A DNA stretch of 62,483 nt from an uncultured Bacteroidales bacterium (GTDB lineage: Bacteria; Bacteroidota; Bacteroidia; Bacteroidales; FEN-979): positions 1-62,483 of the forward strand of contig CAIJYT010000149.1 of assembly GCA_903824935.1 (NCBI GenBank). The letters are read 5' to 3'. Of this stretch, positions 40,329 to 50,200 are shown piece by piece. Every line of letters begins with the position of its first letter. Positions within the stretch are counted from its first letter, which is position 1. Made by a program: the position numbers and the translations under genes. The notes beneath the pieces are model-generated. The model saw nothing but the letters and a program-made list of their open reading frames with translations. It ran no database searches and was not told the origin of the DNA.

Positions 40329-40964
40329 TTGGCTGTAAAAGTTTCCATCTACGAAGACAATGATTCTCTGCGGAAAACACTTTCCCACCTGATCCAGGGA
40401 ACTTCATCCCTGGAACTGACAGGCAGCTGGCCCGACTGTTCCACGGTGATTGAAAACTGCAGGGAAAACACCCCCGATGTAATCCTCATGGATATTGATA
40501 TGCCAGGGATCTCGGGGATACAGGCGACAGCAATGGTAAAACAGAATTTCTCCAATATAAACATTCTTATTTTTACAGTGTTTGAAGACCGGGAGAAAGT
40601 CTTCGAAGCGCTCTGCGCAGGGGCGACCGGATACCTGCTCAAGAGATCCGGTGCAGTACAGATCATCGAATCGATTCTGGAACTTCACGATGGTGGATCG
40701 CCGATGACCGGCGAGATCGCAAGGATGGTTCTGAAGTTCTTTTCAAAAGCCCCGATTAAAAACGAAAACGACTATGCAATCTCGGCCCGCGAAATGGATA
40801 TCCTCAAATGCATTGTCAAAGGCGACAGCTATAAGATGATTGCTACTTCCTGCTTCATATCCATAGGAACTGTACGCACCCATATCAACAACATCTATAA
40901 AAAGCTTCACGTGAATTCCAAGTCCGAAGCTGTGATCAAGGCCATAAACGAACGCCTGATCTGA
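40329..40964 (+). CDS. NarL/FixJ family response regulator (REC + LuxR HTH)
   Basis: IYEDN, LMDIDMP, GYLLK; SAREMDIL...TVRTHINNIYKKLHV; TTG start. Confidence 0.93.
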   Translation: MAVKVSIYEDNDSLRKTLSHLIQGTSSLELTGSWPDCSTVIENCRENTPDVILMDIDMPGISGIQATAMVKQNFSNINILIFTVFEDREKVFEALCAGATGYLLKRSGAVQIIESILELHDGGSPMTGEIARMVLKFFSKAPIKNENDYAISAREMDILKCIVKGDSYKMIATSCFISIGTVRTHINNIYKKLHVNSKSEAVIKAINERLI

Positions 40965-40975
40965 GTTCCCAATAT

Positions 40976-41021
40976 CATATGTTTATCTGATTGCCACGCA
41001 ATTACTTGCTCTTTACTTTTA
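40976..41021 (+). promoter_or_regulatory. Second copy of the putative regulator box plus -7 element, upstream of the cargo operon
   Basis: CATATGTTTATCTGATTG - 20 nt - TACTTTTA; 15/18 identical to 40264-40281, same spacing. Confidence 0.55.
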
Positions 41022-41040
41022 CATTAAAAAGTAAAGAAGA

Positions 41041-42648
41041 ATGAAAAAGCTGCATTTAATCATCCTCGGGCAGATCCTTCTGCTGACATTATCATCACCT
41101 CTCAGTGCACAGGTTTTACCATTAAAACCGATGTATGCCACCGATGTTCTTGTTACAGACCTGAACATACGGAATGTAACAAAAACAAAAGTTGCGGTTG
41201 CTGAAAACGGGTTTATCTATGCTCTTGCGTTTACCGACATTGACTTTTACCGGGAGCGAAGCTGGGAAGTATATAAGTCAGCCGATGATGGAAGAACCTT
41301 CCAGAGGATCTGCAGCCGTACCTATGGTTATGATTATATAGCCCTTGCAGATGTTGATTTCGTGGTAACCGGGTTCACCCCGAATGACATTAATGTCTTC
41401 GTCGCTGAGGTTGGTAACCCCGGAACAACCGGTTCACACAGTGCATACTGCATGATAACAAAATACAAGGCCAACGGGGATTCTGTAGGGGTGGTCTACA
41501 ACTACGACTGGGGTGCAAACACTACAATGAACGTTTCCGTTGCCACTGATTTCAGGTCGCCCGACCAGTCCTTCTCTAAACCATTTACAGTGGCCCTTGC
41601 ATGGACGGGTTCGGCTTTGTTGGGAAACTCCGACCACCTGACTTATGCAGTTTCGGTAGATGGAGGAAGCACGTTCACCGACCATTTTTTGTATAACCAG
41701 CCCTGGCCAAAACGCCTGGGCCGGGTCAGCCTTGCCCTGGGCAGTGCACCTGATGCCTGGAATATTTTCACGGGAATGTTCGGAGTGGCTTTCGAGATGA
41801 ATAAAACCGGTGAGACCGGCGACATCGGTCTTATCATGAACTATACCGATTTCAGCGGGGCCTGGACCAATCCGGTAATATTCTCCGCCGTGGGAGCCTA
41901 CAGCTTCCCTTCTCTTGCAGTCCGTCAGAAAGTCCCCCTGGTTTTGCCGTCAACTGACCGGTTTTCAATGATGCTTTCATTTAACCATCCTGATATGATA
42001 TACCTGTACACCATGGATTCTACATTAGTTACCGCTGGCTGGCCTCAGAGAACCTGGCAGGATTTCAATTTCGGGGGTATAGGGTATCATTCTTCTGATA
42101 CATTAAAAGATTGCCGGGTCGTTTACAATAAAAATGCTGAAAGTTATCTTCTGACGTATCAGACCAGGGTAAGCAATGAGTTACGGTATGTTTCGATTAA
42201 AGCAAATACTCCTTCAAACGTCACCGAGAAAGGCAATTACAGGGACCTTAATACAAAAATGACATGGAAGGCATTTCCTTCGGTTGATATAAACCTAAAG
42301 AAAAACAAAGCTTGTTTTTCCTGGACTGATGAGCCCTGGGGGAACTTTCAGAGTACCCTGTTCGATTCGGAATGGTCAACGGTAGGGATAAGCGAAACAC
42401 CTGAAACCGGGGGATTGTTCAGCTTTTATCCGAATCCTGCAAAGGATATGATCTTCCTGAACAATAATGCTAAGGAACGGGCGGAGGCCTCTGTAATTAC
42501 AAGTGAGGGCAAAGTGCTTAAACGATTCAGTCTTGACTTCGGATTGCAGAACATAGATCTTTCAGGCATCAGCCCTGGAATATACCTGCTGAAAGTTGCG
42601 CCTGAAGCCAGTCAGCCTGAATTCAGGAAACTGATCATCCGCCGGTAA
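41041..42648 (+). CDS. T9SS type A cargo protein with Asp-box/BNR beta-propeller
   Basis: Signal peptide; Asp-boxes SADDGRTF and SVDGGSTF; CTD YPNPAKD...IDLSGISPGIYLLKV...RKLIIRR. Confidence 0.8.
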   Translation: MKKLHLIILGQILLLTLSSPLSAQVLPLKPMYATDVLVTDLNIRNVTKTKVAVAENGFIYALAFTDIDFYRERSWEVYKSADDGRTFQRICSRTYGYDYIALADVDFVVTGFTPNDINVFVAEVGNPGTTGSHSAYCMITKYKANGDSVGVVYNYDWGANTTMNVSVATDFRSPDQSFSKPFTVALAWTGSALLGNSDHLTYAVSVDGGSTFTDHFLYNQPWPKRLGRVSLALGSAPDAWNIFTGMFGVAFEMNKTGETGDIGLIMNYTDFSGAWTNPVIFSAVGAYSFPSLAVRQKVPLVLPSTDRFSMMLSFNHPDMIYLYTMDSTLVTAGWPQRTWQDFNFGGIGYHSSDTLKDCRVVYNKNAESYLLTYQTRVSNELRYVSIKANTPSNVTEKGNYRDLNTKMTWKAFPSVDINLKKNKACFSWTDEPWGNFQSTLFDSEWSTVGISETPETGGLFSFYPNPAKDMIFLNNNAKERAEASVITSEGKVLKRFSLDFGLQNIDLSGISPGIYLLKVAPEASQPEFRKLIIRR

Positions 42649-42667
42649 AAAAATCCACCACAGCCAA

Positions 42668-44374
42668 ATGAACAATACCCTCCGAATGAAACAAGCTGCT
42701 GATAAGATCTGCATTATGCTTGGTTTCATGATGATCGTATTGTTCCCTGGTAAAATGGCGGGACAGGACATCCAGAACTTGAAAAACAAGAAACCGGTTA
42801 CGTTTCACGGCTCGATCGCAAATACCTTCCTGTTCCTGAACTCAGGGAAACCGGGCGAAAATCCCCAGCTGATATGGGCGGTGAGTGCGAACGCAACCCT
42901 TTCGGTTTACGGGATCGATCTTCCTTTTTCCTTCACTTTTTCTGATAAAAAAGCCAATTATTCCCAGCCTTTCAACCAGTTCGGCCTAAGCCCGAGGTAC
43001 AAATGGATCACTGTTCACCTCGGGTACAGGAATGTGAACTTTTCTAATTTCGTGATGGCGGGCTATACGTTCCTGGGCGCAGGTGTCGAACTGAATCCCG
43101 GAATTTTTCGTTTTGGCTTTATCTGGGGCCGGTTCGTGAAGTCATCCACATCCAATACCGACCAGAGCCTGTTCGCCCTGCCTGAGCTTTCCAGAAAAGG
43201 TTTTGCAGTTAAAATCGGACTGGGCAACCAGAAAAATTTCGTCGACCTGGTGTTTTTGAAAGCCAAAGACGACAGCAGCTCCCTGAAAAAAACAACAAAT
43301 GATTCCCTGGTCACCCCTGCCGCTAACATCTCGCTTGGCACTAAAATGCATTTTACGATTATCAAACCCCTGATCCTTGATGTTGAAGGGGCAGTGAGTT
43401 TATACACGAACGATATACGTTCCCCGGGTTTTGCCGATTCAAACAGCAGCGCCTGGGTAAAACGGCTTAACAACATCATCCCCATCAACCTTTCAACAGA
43501 ATACTACACCGCTTTCAAAGCCTCCCTGGTTTTCACTAAACCCTCCTATTCCCTTGGCCTGGTCTATACCCGCATCGATCCCTCGTACCGCACCATGGGA
43601 ATATATTACATCAACAACGATCTTGAAAATATTTCATTCAATCCCTCTTTTTACCTGTTCAAAAGGAAGTTCAGATTCTCAGGCAGTGCCGGTTACCAGC
43701 ACGACAATCTCCGCCACACCAAGAGAGCGACATCGGTCAGGACGATCTGGAACCTGAATATCGCCTACGATCCTGTTCAATGGTTCGGGATCGATGCATC
43801 CTACGCTAATTTCAGCACAAACCAGAAACCAGGGAACATCCCCCTGGTTGATTCTCTGAAAACCTATAATGTGAACCGAAACCTTAGCATCAATCCCCGC
43901 CTGCTTTTTGTCAACCCAAAGCTTATCCACTCTGTGATCCTGAGCTTCAACCAGAGCGACTATATCGACCGCAATTCATATACTGATGCTGCAACCACCA
44001 GGGCCACGACCATTTTCCTGAATTACAGCGTAACCTTTATCAATTCCCAGCTGGGACTGAACGCAGGGCTCAGCTATATCAACTGTGTGAATTCCTATGC
44101 CGAAACCAGAATGACAGGAGGATCGGTTGGCGTGAGCAAGCCGTTCTTTAAAAACAAGCTGTTCTGCAGCCTGGGTGAATCGGTGCAGAATTCGTATATC
44201 GCTTCCCAGTCAGGATGGGTGTTCAATACCAATGCCTCGGTAAGGTATCGTCCTCATCCCAAGCATTCGCTTGTTCTGCAGATATACCTGGTAAACAATA
44301 CCATTTCTGACCAAACCGCCGCAAACGTTTTTAACCAATCAAAAGGAGACCTGAGTTATGTATTTACATTCTGA
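42668..44374 (+). CDS. Putative outer-membrane beta-barrel protein
   Basis: Signal peptide, many amphipathic beta-strands, C-terminal aromatic beta-signal GDLSYVFTF; true start may be a few codons downstream. Confidence 0.7.
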   Translation: MNNTLRMKQAADKICIMLGFMMIVLFPGKMAGQDIQNLKNKKPVTFHGSIANTFLFLNSGKPGENPQLIWAVSANATLSVYGIDLPFSFTFSDKKANYSQPFNQFGLSPRYKWITVHLGYRNVNFSNFVMAGYTFLGAGVELNPGIFRFGFIWGRFVKSSTSNTDQSLFALPELSRKGFAVKIGLGNQKNFVDLVFLKAKDDSSSLKKTTNDSLVTPAANISLGTKMHFTIIKPLILDVEGAVSLYTNDIRSPGFADSNSSAWVKRLNNIIPINLSTEYYTAFKASLVFTKPSYSLGLVYTRIDPSYRTMGIYYINNDLENISFNPSFYLFKRKFRFSGSAGYQHDNLRHTKRATSVRTIWNLNIAYDPVQWFGIDASYANFSTNQKPGNIPLVDSLKTYNVNRNLSINPRLLFVNPKLIHSVILSFNQSDYIDRNSYTDAATTRATTIFLNYSVTFINSQLGLNAGLSYINCVNSYAETRMTGGSVGVSKPFFKNKLFCSLGESVQNSYIASQSGWVFNTNASVRYRPHPKHSLVLQIYLVNNTISDQTAANVFNQSKGDLSYVFTF

Positions 44375-47300
44375 AACCTTTCAGCTGATCAGGAAGACAT
44401 CCGTCATCCTGGCTTTTATCTTGATCATTCTTTCGATTTCAGGATCAGGGATTGCGCAGCCCAGGCCTTTGAAAGTGAATGTTGTGGTGATCCCGCCGTA
44501 TTCAACCCGGATATCTGATTATATCAACACTCCGAATAAAATCATCGTCACCATTACGAATACCTCTGCCGGGCCGGCCGGCAAAGCCTATAACTTCTAT
44601 CTCCTGGGTTCGATGAGCTGCGACGCAGGTATGTCGATCGCCACTGACCCGAATTATCTTCCCACCCGGTCAATATCGATCCAGCCCGGACAGGTATACA
44701 AACTAACCCAATCAGACGTTCAGGAGATGTATGACGCGAACCATCTTATTTATAACGGGATCAGCCAGCAGCAGATCCTTCAGGACGGAGGATTTCCGGA
44801 GGGGTATTATACGATCTGTGTTTCGGCTTATGATTACCAGACCAGGCTTAAGCTTTCTGATGACGCTCCTTCGGGATGTAAAAGCTTCCCCGTCACAAAC
44901 CTTGAAACACCCATCATCCAGAAGCCGATATGCGGAGATACTGTTTGGGATCCCCAGCAGCTTGTTAATTTTACCTGGAGTCCATGCGCCGGTGCCCCCC
45001 CAACAACCATGTACAGGCTCAGGATTGTAGAACTTCTGTCGGGGAACCAGGTTCCCCCTGATGCCTTCAAAACAACACCCCCTAATCCGTTTTTCGAGGC
45101 AACAACCCAGGCACCGGTGTTTTTGTACACCAGCGCCTTCCCCCCCATGACCGAGAACCGTACCTATGCATTCGCCATCCAGGCTTTCGATACGAAAGGA
45201 CAGGCTGCATTTAAAAACGGAGGATGGAGCGAGATCTGCTATTTCGTTTATAAAAAAACCAAAAAGCAGATCGGTGGAGGTTTAACCATTGTCAAAAAGC
45301 CCCCCCCAAAACCCAAACTTTTCAATGTCGCAACACTCTCGGGACATATTGATTATAAATTCCCGGTTTCAGGCGAGCAGCATCCGATGAAAAACATTAA
45401 TCTTTCACTGCATGTGGTGTATGTGATCAAAAATGCTACAGCTGTCTCAGGAAGCGGACAAACAACCCAGGGAGGCGAAATAGTCTTCGACCCGGTTTCC
45501 CAGGGATTTTCGAACCAGAAAACAATAGCGCATGATAATATGCAGTTAAGGGCAACCGCGACTACCGATAATTCGGGGAATTTTAACTTCAGCACAACCA
45601 TTGACCCTGAAGAGCAATTCGGGCTCATCCAGGAGGGATTTGCAGCTTCCATGAGCATAACGTACCCGCCGACTCCTGTTGAGATCGGCCCGGTAATCGG
45701 AGGGATAGACCCCAGGGTGATCCCGGGCTGGGATGGACTTATAGACAATATCCTGCTTGAAAATAACGGGTTCAAATATGAGAATTTAATTGGAAATTCG
45801 GGAGGCTATGGCTATTCTAACTTTGAGTTGGGCTCAATGACCTGGAGCGGCTTCAACCTGGCCGGTACATTCGCAGGTAAGGAATTCGTCAATATTGTAA
45901 AAGATGAAATCGGGTTGAAATTCAATAATCAGGGCTATAATAATGCGGGAGGACAAATCGGACAGGGAGGACAAACACAGGTGATGTCACTGAGCGGTCA
46001 TAACCAGAATCTTGGTTCGGTAAAAGGCGACCTATATAAATATCTAAGGGTGGTCGTAGATAATGATTATTACAACAGTCCGGATGACGACTTTTTACTT
46101 CAGTCCGGCACCGACCTGATCGCACCCACGACTCTGATCGGACTGGTAAACACCTATAACCTCACAGTTGAAGTCAGATCGGGAGATACTCACGACCAGG
46201 CGGCTGGAACAAACTCGGCCATGGCGAATGTAAAAGTGGAGGTGGGACGCATTGCCCCTATACCCGAAGATGTTCCCTTTGAAGAAGGACAGAACCTCAA
46301 GCGCAAAGACTTCATGCAGATTGCTCCTTCCTGTCCGCTTATTTCAACAGATTTTACAGGGGCAAGCCCCAAAGGGGTGGTGAAGTTTATGGATCTGGTC
46401 AGTAACAAAGGTCCGATCGACATGTATGAGCTGACAACAAATACAGGTAAAAAGGAAGGGGTTTATAACTACCTGCCCGATTACCAGACGTTCACAAGGG
46501 GTATCAAGCCCTCTTTCAACTCCCAGTTTACCCCGGATGAATTTTCCATAAAGGTTGAGTTGGATCCCGATTATCCAAGGATTGCCGGGAGGGTTATGTA
46601 TAAAAATTATGCAGTTCAGGGAGCAAGTTGTTCGACCAACATCTCAAACCAGGAGGTATATACTGATAAGGACGGGTATTTTGAAATTACCGGGCTTGAC
46701 GTGATCAGCACCGATGCAAATCTGCTTATCAAAAAATACGGTTACGAAGACAAGCTGATCACGGGGATAGGAAAGCTCCAGACCGGCGGACAATACTATA
46801 ATCCAGGAATTGAGCTTATCCCCTGGGGTTATATTACCGGGAGCATTGAAGACAAGGAGGGGAACCCGATCGAGGCGGAAGTTCAGATCGACTCTTTGCC
46901 ATTTCATCAGACATCCGCAGGAAATTCAATAATCGTACCGGCCAGCCAGAAATTCAAATTCAGGGCGCCCTCGGGCAGCAGAACACTTCATATAGTCCCG
47001 GTATCACCTGCTTATATGGATGGAAAATTCGTTGTAACCGTAAATAAAACTCCCGATGACCAGCCGCCCCAGGACCTGGGAACGTTCAAGATGACAAAGA
47101 ATATGCACAGGATAAGGATCTTCGCATACCATGAAGAATTTTCAGGCGTTCAAACCCTTCCAAAAAAAGTGGGGGTGGGGGATTGCTGGATTGACCTCGA
47201 AGGTTTCAAGAAGAAAACCGGAAATACAGGTTATGCTGAATTTGAAGTATCCTCACCCGCCACTGAATTCCACGTAAAAGTGACCCCCCCCGATGCAGAT

Positions 47301-50177
47301 CCCTATTATGTATGGGTGGAAGGGACCGTCACGAACACTCCCTCAAAAATGTTCAAAGATTATAGTTTCGCACTGAAAACAGGGAAGACTATAACAGGGA
47401 TTGTAAAATCCAGTCCCGGCCTTGAAGGGGTTATTGGCGCAAGGGTGTTCGTTGAAGAATCCAATTCCAATCCTTACCTGAGCACCAAAACCTTAAGTAA
47501 CGGCTTCTACAGTCTTCACGGAATACCTGAATACCTCACGAAAGTCACCATAAGCGCTGTTAAGAGCGATTCCATGATCTCTTATGTGGGGGAATCAAAA
47601 GAAGCCGATATCAGCGGGCCAAATCCGAGCGTCAACCTTACCTTAAAGATCATAAATGACGTGGATCTTTCGCGGATATTGGGCTTCCCGCTTGAAGCCA
47701 CCGATTACCAGAAACAACCTGATGGGACAGCTCTGCTGAGCGGGCATATCCAGCCTCTGAACAATACTCACTTTATTCTTTTGAACTACGGGACCAGGCT
47801 TGACTTTTTTAAGGTTAAAATCAAAAAGTCGGCCCAGCTTAATGCAAAAGGAATTCCGTATGCCGAGCCTTCCGAAGGATTTCTGAAGACCGATAACAGT
47901 CTTCTTGAACTACGCTATCACAGTGCCTTCAGGATAAACCAGCTTCCCTCAGGTTCAGGGCCCATTAAAAAAGGGGAAAAGTTAAGTATAACAAAGGGCT
48001 CCGATGGGAACGGGATCATTAAAGGACGTGCACATCTCCTTAAGAATTCCTTCCAGTTCCCGTCAGCACTCATAGATTATGATGAGTCTCAGGCATTCTA
48101 CCTGTATGATGGCGCATCGGGGAGTCAGAATATCATCACCATGGCCGGACAGGGTTCGGGCATCCCTGTGTCGAGGTTTGGTTTAAGCAGCTTCACAGGG
48201 AATGATATGCCAGTGAAATTCTCCGGATTTACTTCAACCGCAAGATCTTCGGGCTCTTACCTGAAAAACGACAGCCTTGTCCTTGATCTGAACGTTAAGG
48301 CCACCCTCAAGGGAAGCATACAAACTATTATGGATGTTGGTAAAGTGCGGATGTCCGCTTCGTTTATTAATCCGGTTGAAGTGAATCAACCCCTTGACAT
48401 CAGCCTGGGTGAGAAATGGAAAATCCACATTGATAAACTGACCTGGAACAGCTCCCAAAACGGGTTCAGTGGGAAGAATCCTTCCCTGATAACAGGATTC
48501 GCAACTATTCCGGTGAAGAATTTTAAACTTAAACCCGAAGATCTCATACTTGAAGGTTTCACAATCACCAACCTTAAGATCGGCAACGCCTCTCCTATTG
48601 ACATCAGTAATGAAGCAGAATGCCTCTTCTATTTCGATCCGGTCGCAGGCGAAGCTGGCAAGCCGCATTATGTGATCAAGATCATCGGGCAGGATGCGAA
48701 AAAGACCATAGCGACACTGAGCGGGCTACCAGGGACTCAGCCATCCGCGAAGCTTGATATTGGTTCTATACAGGTGCTCGACAATGACGAACAGCTGTAT
48801 GCAGGACTCGAGAATTCAGGCGAACTCCTGTTTTACGATGTCTTTCACCTTAAAGTCAACCAGATCACGGGCCGGCAGAATTCGTTCACGCTTACCGGGA
48901 TTTACAACCTTAACCTGCCCAGGATACCGAATTACAGCAGAGCCAGCCTGAACTTTTTCAGGGATAAAACTTCCCGGGTTGCCATGAACATGGATCCGCT
49001 GCCGCTTGAATTTTCAGGTCCTGCGGATGTCAGGTTCGAAGCAAACCAGGTTAAATTTGCTGATACACTTTTCCCGGGGAATTTTCAGTGCAAGGGTAAA
49101 CTTACATTCACCGACCAGGGGATAACAAAAACCCTGGATGCTATGCTTGTACGTGAAACCAGTCAGGGATATGTGAAGATCTTCCCCGACAACCAGTCGT
49201 TCGTCCTGGGTTCAGGAGGTTCAAATGCCGTGCGCATGACCGGGCTGAACGGCCAGATGCCGGCAAACAAAGCCGACTGGGATTTCTTCTGGTTCCAGGG
49301 AAAGCTTGCCAATGCCAAAAATGCAACCCAGCCAGGGCAGACCAACAAGTTCTTTGTCAAAGGGTCAATCACTTCAGAGGGAAATTCGATTTCGGCTGAG
49401 AACCTGAGCACTCCACTAGGAGATGTTAAACTGACCTATGATTTTAAGAATAACATCCTTCATGGGTCCCTGGTGATGAAAGACTATTCCCTTTGCGGAT
49501 TTGCGGCAAACGGTGCGGCCGACATTGAATTCGGCTCGAATGGCTGGTATCTCGCAGGTTCGGTGAAGATCTTTGTTGATCCTTTGATCATTCAGACGAT
49601 TTCTGCCGGACTGATCTTCGGGAGTATCAGTCCAGTTCCTCAAAGTGCGAAGAACACGGTGCTGATGAATGCCAAAAACAAGGAATGGCCCGATTCCCTT
49701 GATTCCCATCTGAAAGGATTTTTCTTCACAGGGTATAAAAGCCTGTTCCCACCTGTTTCTGTTGCTGCAGGATTCAGCCTGGGAGGATACTTTGTTGGCT
49801 ATAAAGTTTCGGCAGAGGCAGGAGTTGACGCCCGTTTCTGGATGAATTTTCTACCCAACTCATACGAAATGGGATTCGGTGTGATGATGCTGGGAAATGC
49901 TTCTGTGTACCTCGGACAATACACCGGCGTAATCTGTCCGTACATCAGCGGAGGCACAACGATCGGGTTCGGGATCAACAGCGGAACATACAACTTTTCA
50001 ACGAAGAAGTTCAAAGTCCATGGACAGGGTTTTGTTGGAATGTCGCTGGATGCGGGGATCTGTTTTGGTCCATTTTGTAACGGATGTCTTTCAACTTCAC
50101 TGAGCAAGACCCTGAATTGTGATGTATGGATTGAAAACCAGCCGACTTCCGTTGACTTTTCAATCGACCTGAAATAA
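44358..50177 (+). CDS. Giant exported protein: TANFOR-like N-terminal domain, FN3/Ig, carboxypeptidase-regulatory-like repeats, beta-rich C-terminus
   Basis: Signal peptide; VNVVVIPPYSTRISDY...GFPEGYYTICV..YD; FN3-like NFTWSP..YRLRIVE..YAFAIQA; TDKDGYFEI / ITGIV..GARV repeats; no T9SS CTD. Confidence 0.7.
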   Translation: MYLHSETFQLIRKTSVILAFILIILSISGSGIAQPRPLKVNVVVIPPYSTRISDYINTPNKIIVTITNTSAGPAGKAYNFYLLGSMSCDAGMSIATDPNYLPTRSISIQPGQVYKLTQSDVQEMYDANHLIYNGISQQQILQDGGFPEGYYTICVSAYDYQTRLKLSDDAPSGCKSFPVTNLETPIIQKPICGDTVWDPQQLVNFTWSPCAGAPPTTMYRLRIVELLSGNQVPPDAFKTTPPNPFFEATTQAPVFLYTSAFPPMTENRTYAFAIQAFDTKGQAAFKNGGWSEICYFVYKKTKKQIGGGLTIVKKPPPKPKLFNVATLSGHIDYKFPVSGEQHPMKNINLSLHVVYVIKNATAVSGSGQTTQGGEIVFDPVSQGFSNQKTIAHDNMQLRATATTDNSGNFNFSTTIDPEEQFGLIQEGFAASMSITYPPTPVEIGPVIGGIDPRVIPGWDGLIDNILLENNGFKYENLIGNSGGYGYSNFELGSMTWSGFNLAGTFAGKEFVNIVKDEIGLKFNNQGYNNAGGQIGQGGQTQVMSLSGHNQNLGSVKGDLYKYLRVVVDNDYYNSPDDDFLLQSGTDLIAPTTLIGLVNTYNLTVEVRSGDTHDQAAGTNSAMANVKVEVGRIAPIPEDVPFEEGQNLKRKDFMQIAPSCPLISTDFTGASPKGVVKFMDLVSNKGPIDMYELTTNTGKKEGVYNYLPDYQTFTRGIKPSFNSQFTPDEFSIKVELDPDYPRIAGRVMYKNYAVQGASCSTNISNQEVYTDKDGYFEITGLDVISTDANLLIKKYGYEDKLITGIGKLQTGGQYYNPGIELIPWGYITGSIEDKEGNPIEAEVQIDSLPFHQTSAGNSIIVPASQKFKFRAPSGSRTLHIVPVSPAYMDGKFVVTVNKTPDDQPPQDLGTFKMTKNMHRIRIFAYHEEFSGVQTLPKKVGVGDCWIDLEGFKKKTGNTGYAEFEVSSPATEFHVKVTPPDADPYYVWVEGTVTNTPSKMFKDYSFALKTGKTITGIVKSSPGLEGVIGARVFVEESNSNPYLSTKTLSNGFYSLHGIPEYLTKVTISAVKSDSMISYVGESKEADISGPNPSVNLTLKIINDVDLSRILGFPLEATDYQKQPDGTALLSGHIQPLNNTHFILLNYGTRLDFFKVKIKKSAQLNAKGIPYAEPSEGFLKTDNSLLELRYHSAFRINQLPSGSGPIKKGEKLSITKGSDGNGIIKGRAHLLKNSFQFPSALIDYDESQAFYLYDGASGSQNIITMAGQGSGIPVSRFGLSSFTGNDMPVKFSGFTSTARSSGSYLKNDSLVLDLNVKATLKGSIQTIMDVGKVRMSASFINPVEVNQPLDISLGEKWKIHIDKLTWNSSQNGFSGKNPSLITGFATIPVKNFKLKPEDLILEGFTITNLKIGNASPIDISNEAECLFYFDPVAGEAGKPHYVIKIIGQDAKKTIATLSGLPGTQPSAKLDIGSIQVLDNDEQLYAGLENSGELLFYDVFHLKVNQITGRQNSFTLTGIYNLNLPRIPNYSRASLNFFRDKTSRVAMNMDPLPLEFSGPADVRFEANQVKFADTLFPGNFQCKGKLTFTDQGITKTLDAMLVRETSQGYVKIFPDNQSFVLGSGGSNAVRMTGLNGQMPANKADWDFFWFQGKLANAKNATQPGQTNKFFVKGSITSEGNSISAENLSTPLGDVKLTYDFKNNILHGSLVMKDYSLCGFAANGAADIEFGSNGWYLAGSVKIFVDPLIIQTISAGLIFGSISPVPQSAKNTVLMNAKNKEWPDSLDSHLKGFFFTGYKSLFPPVSVAAGFSLGGYFVGYKVSAEAGVDARFWMNFLPNSYEMGFGVMMLGNASVYLGQYTGVICPYISGGTTIGFGINSGTYNFSTKKFKVHGQGFVGMSLDAGICFGPFCNGCLSTSLSKTLNCDVWIENQPTSVDFSIDLK

Positions 50178-50200
50178 ATAAAATCAAAGGAGAAGAAATC

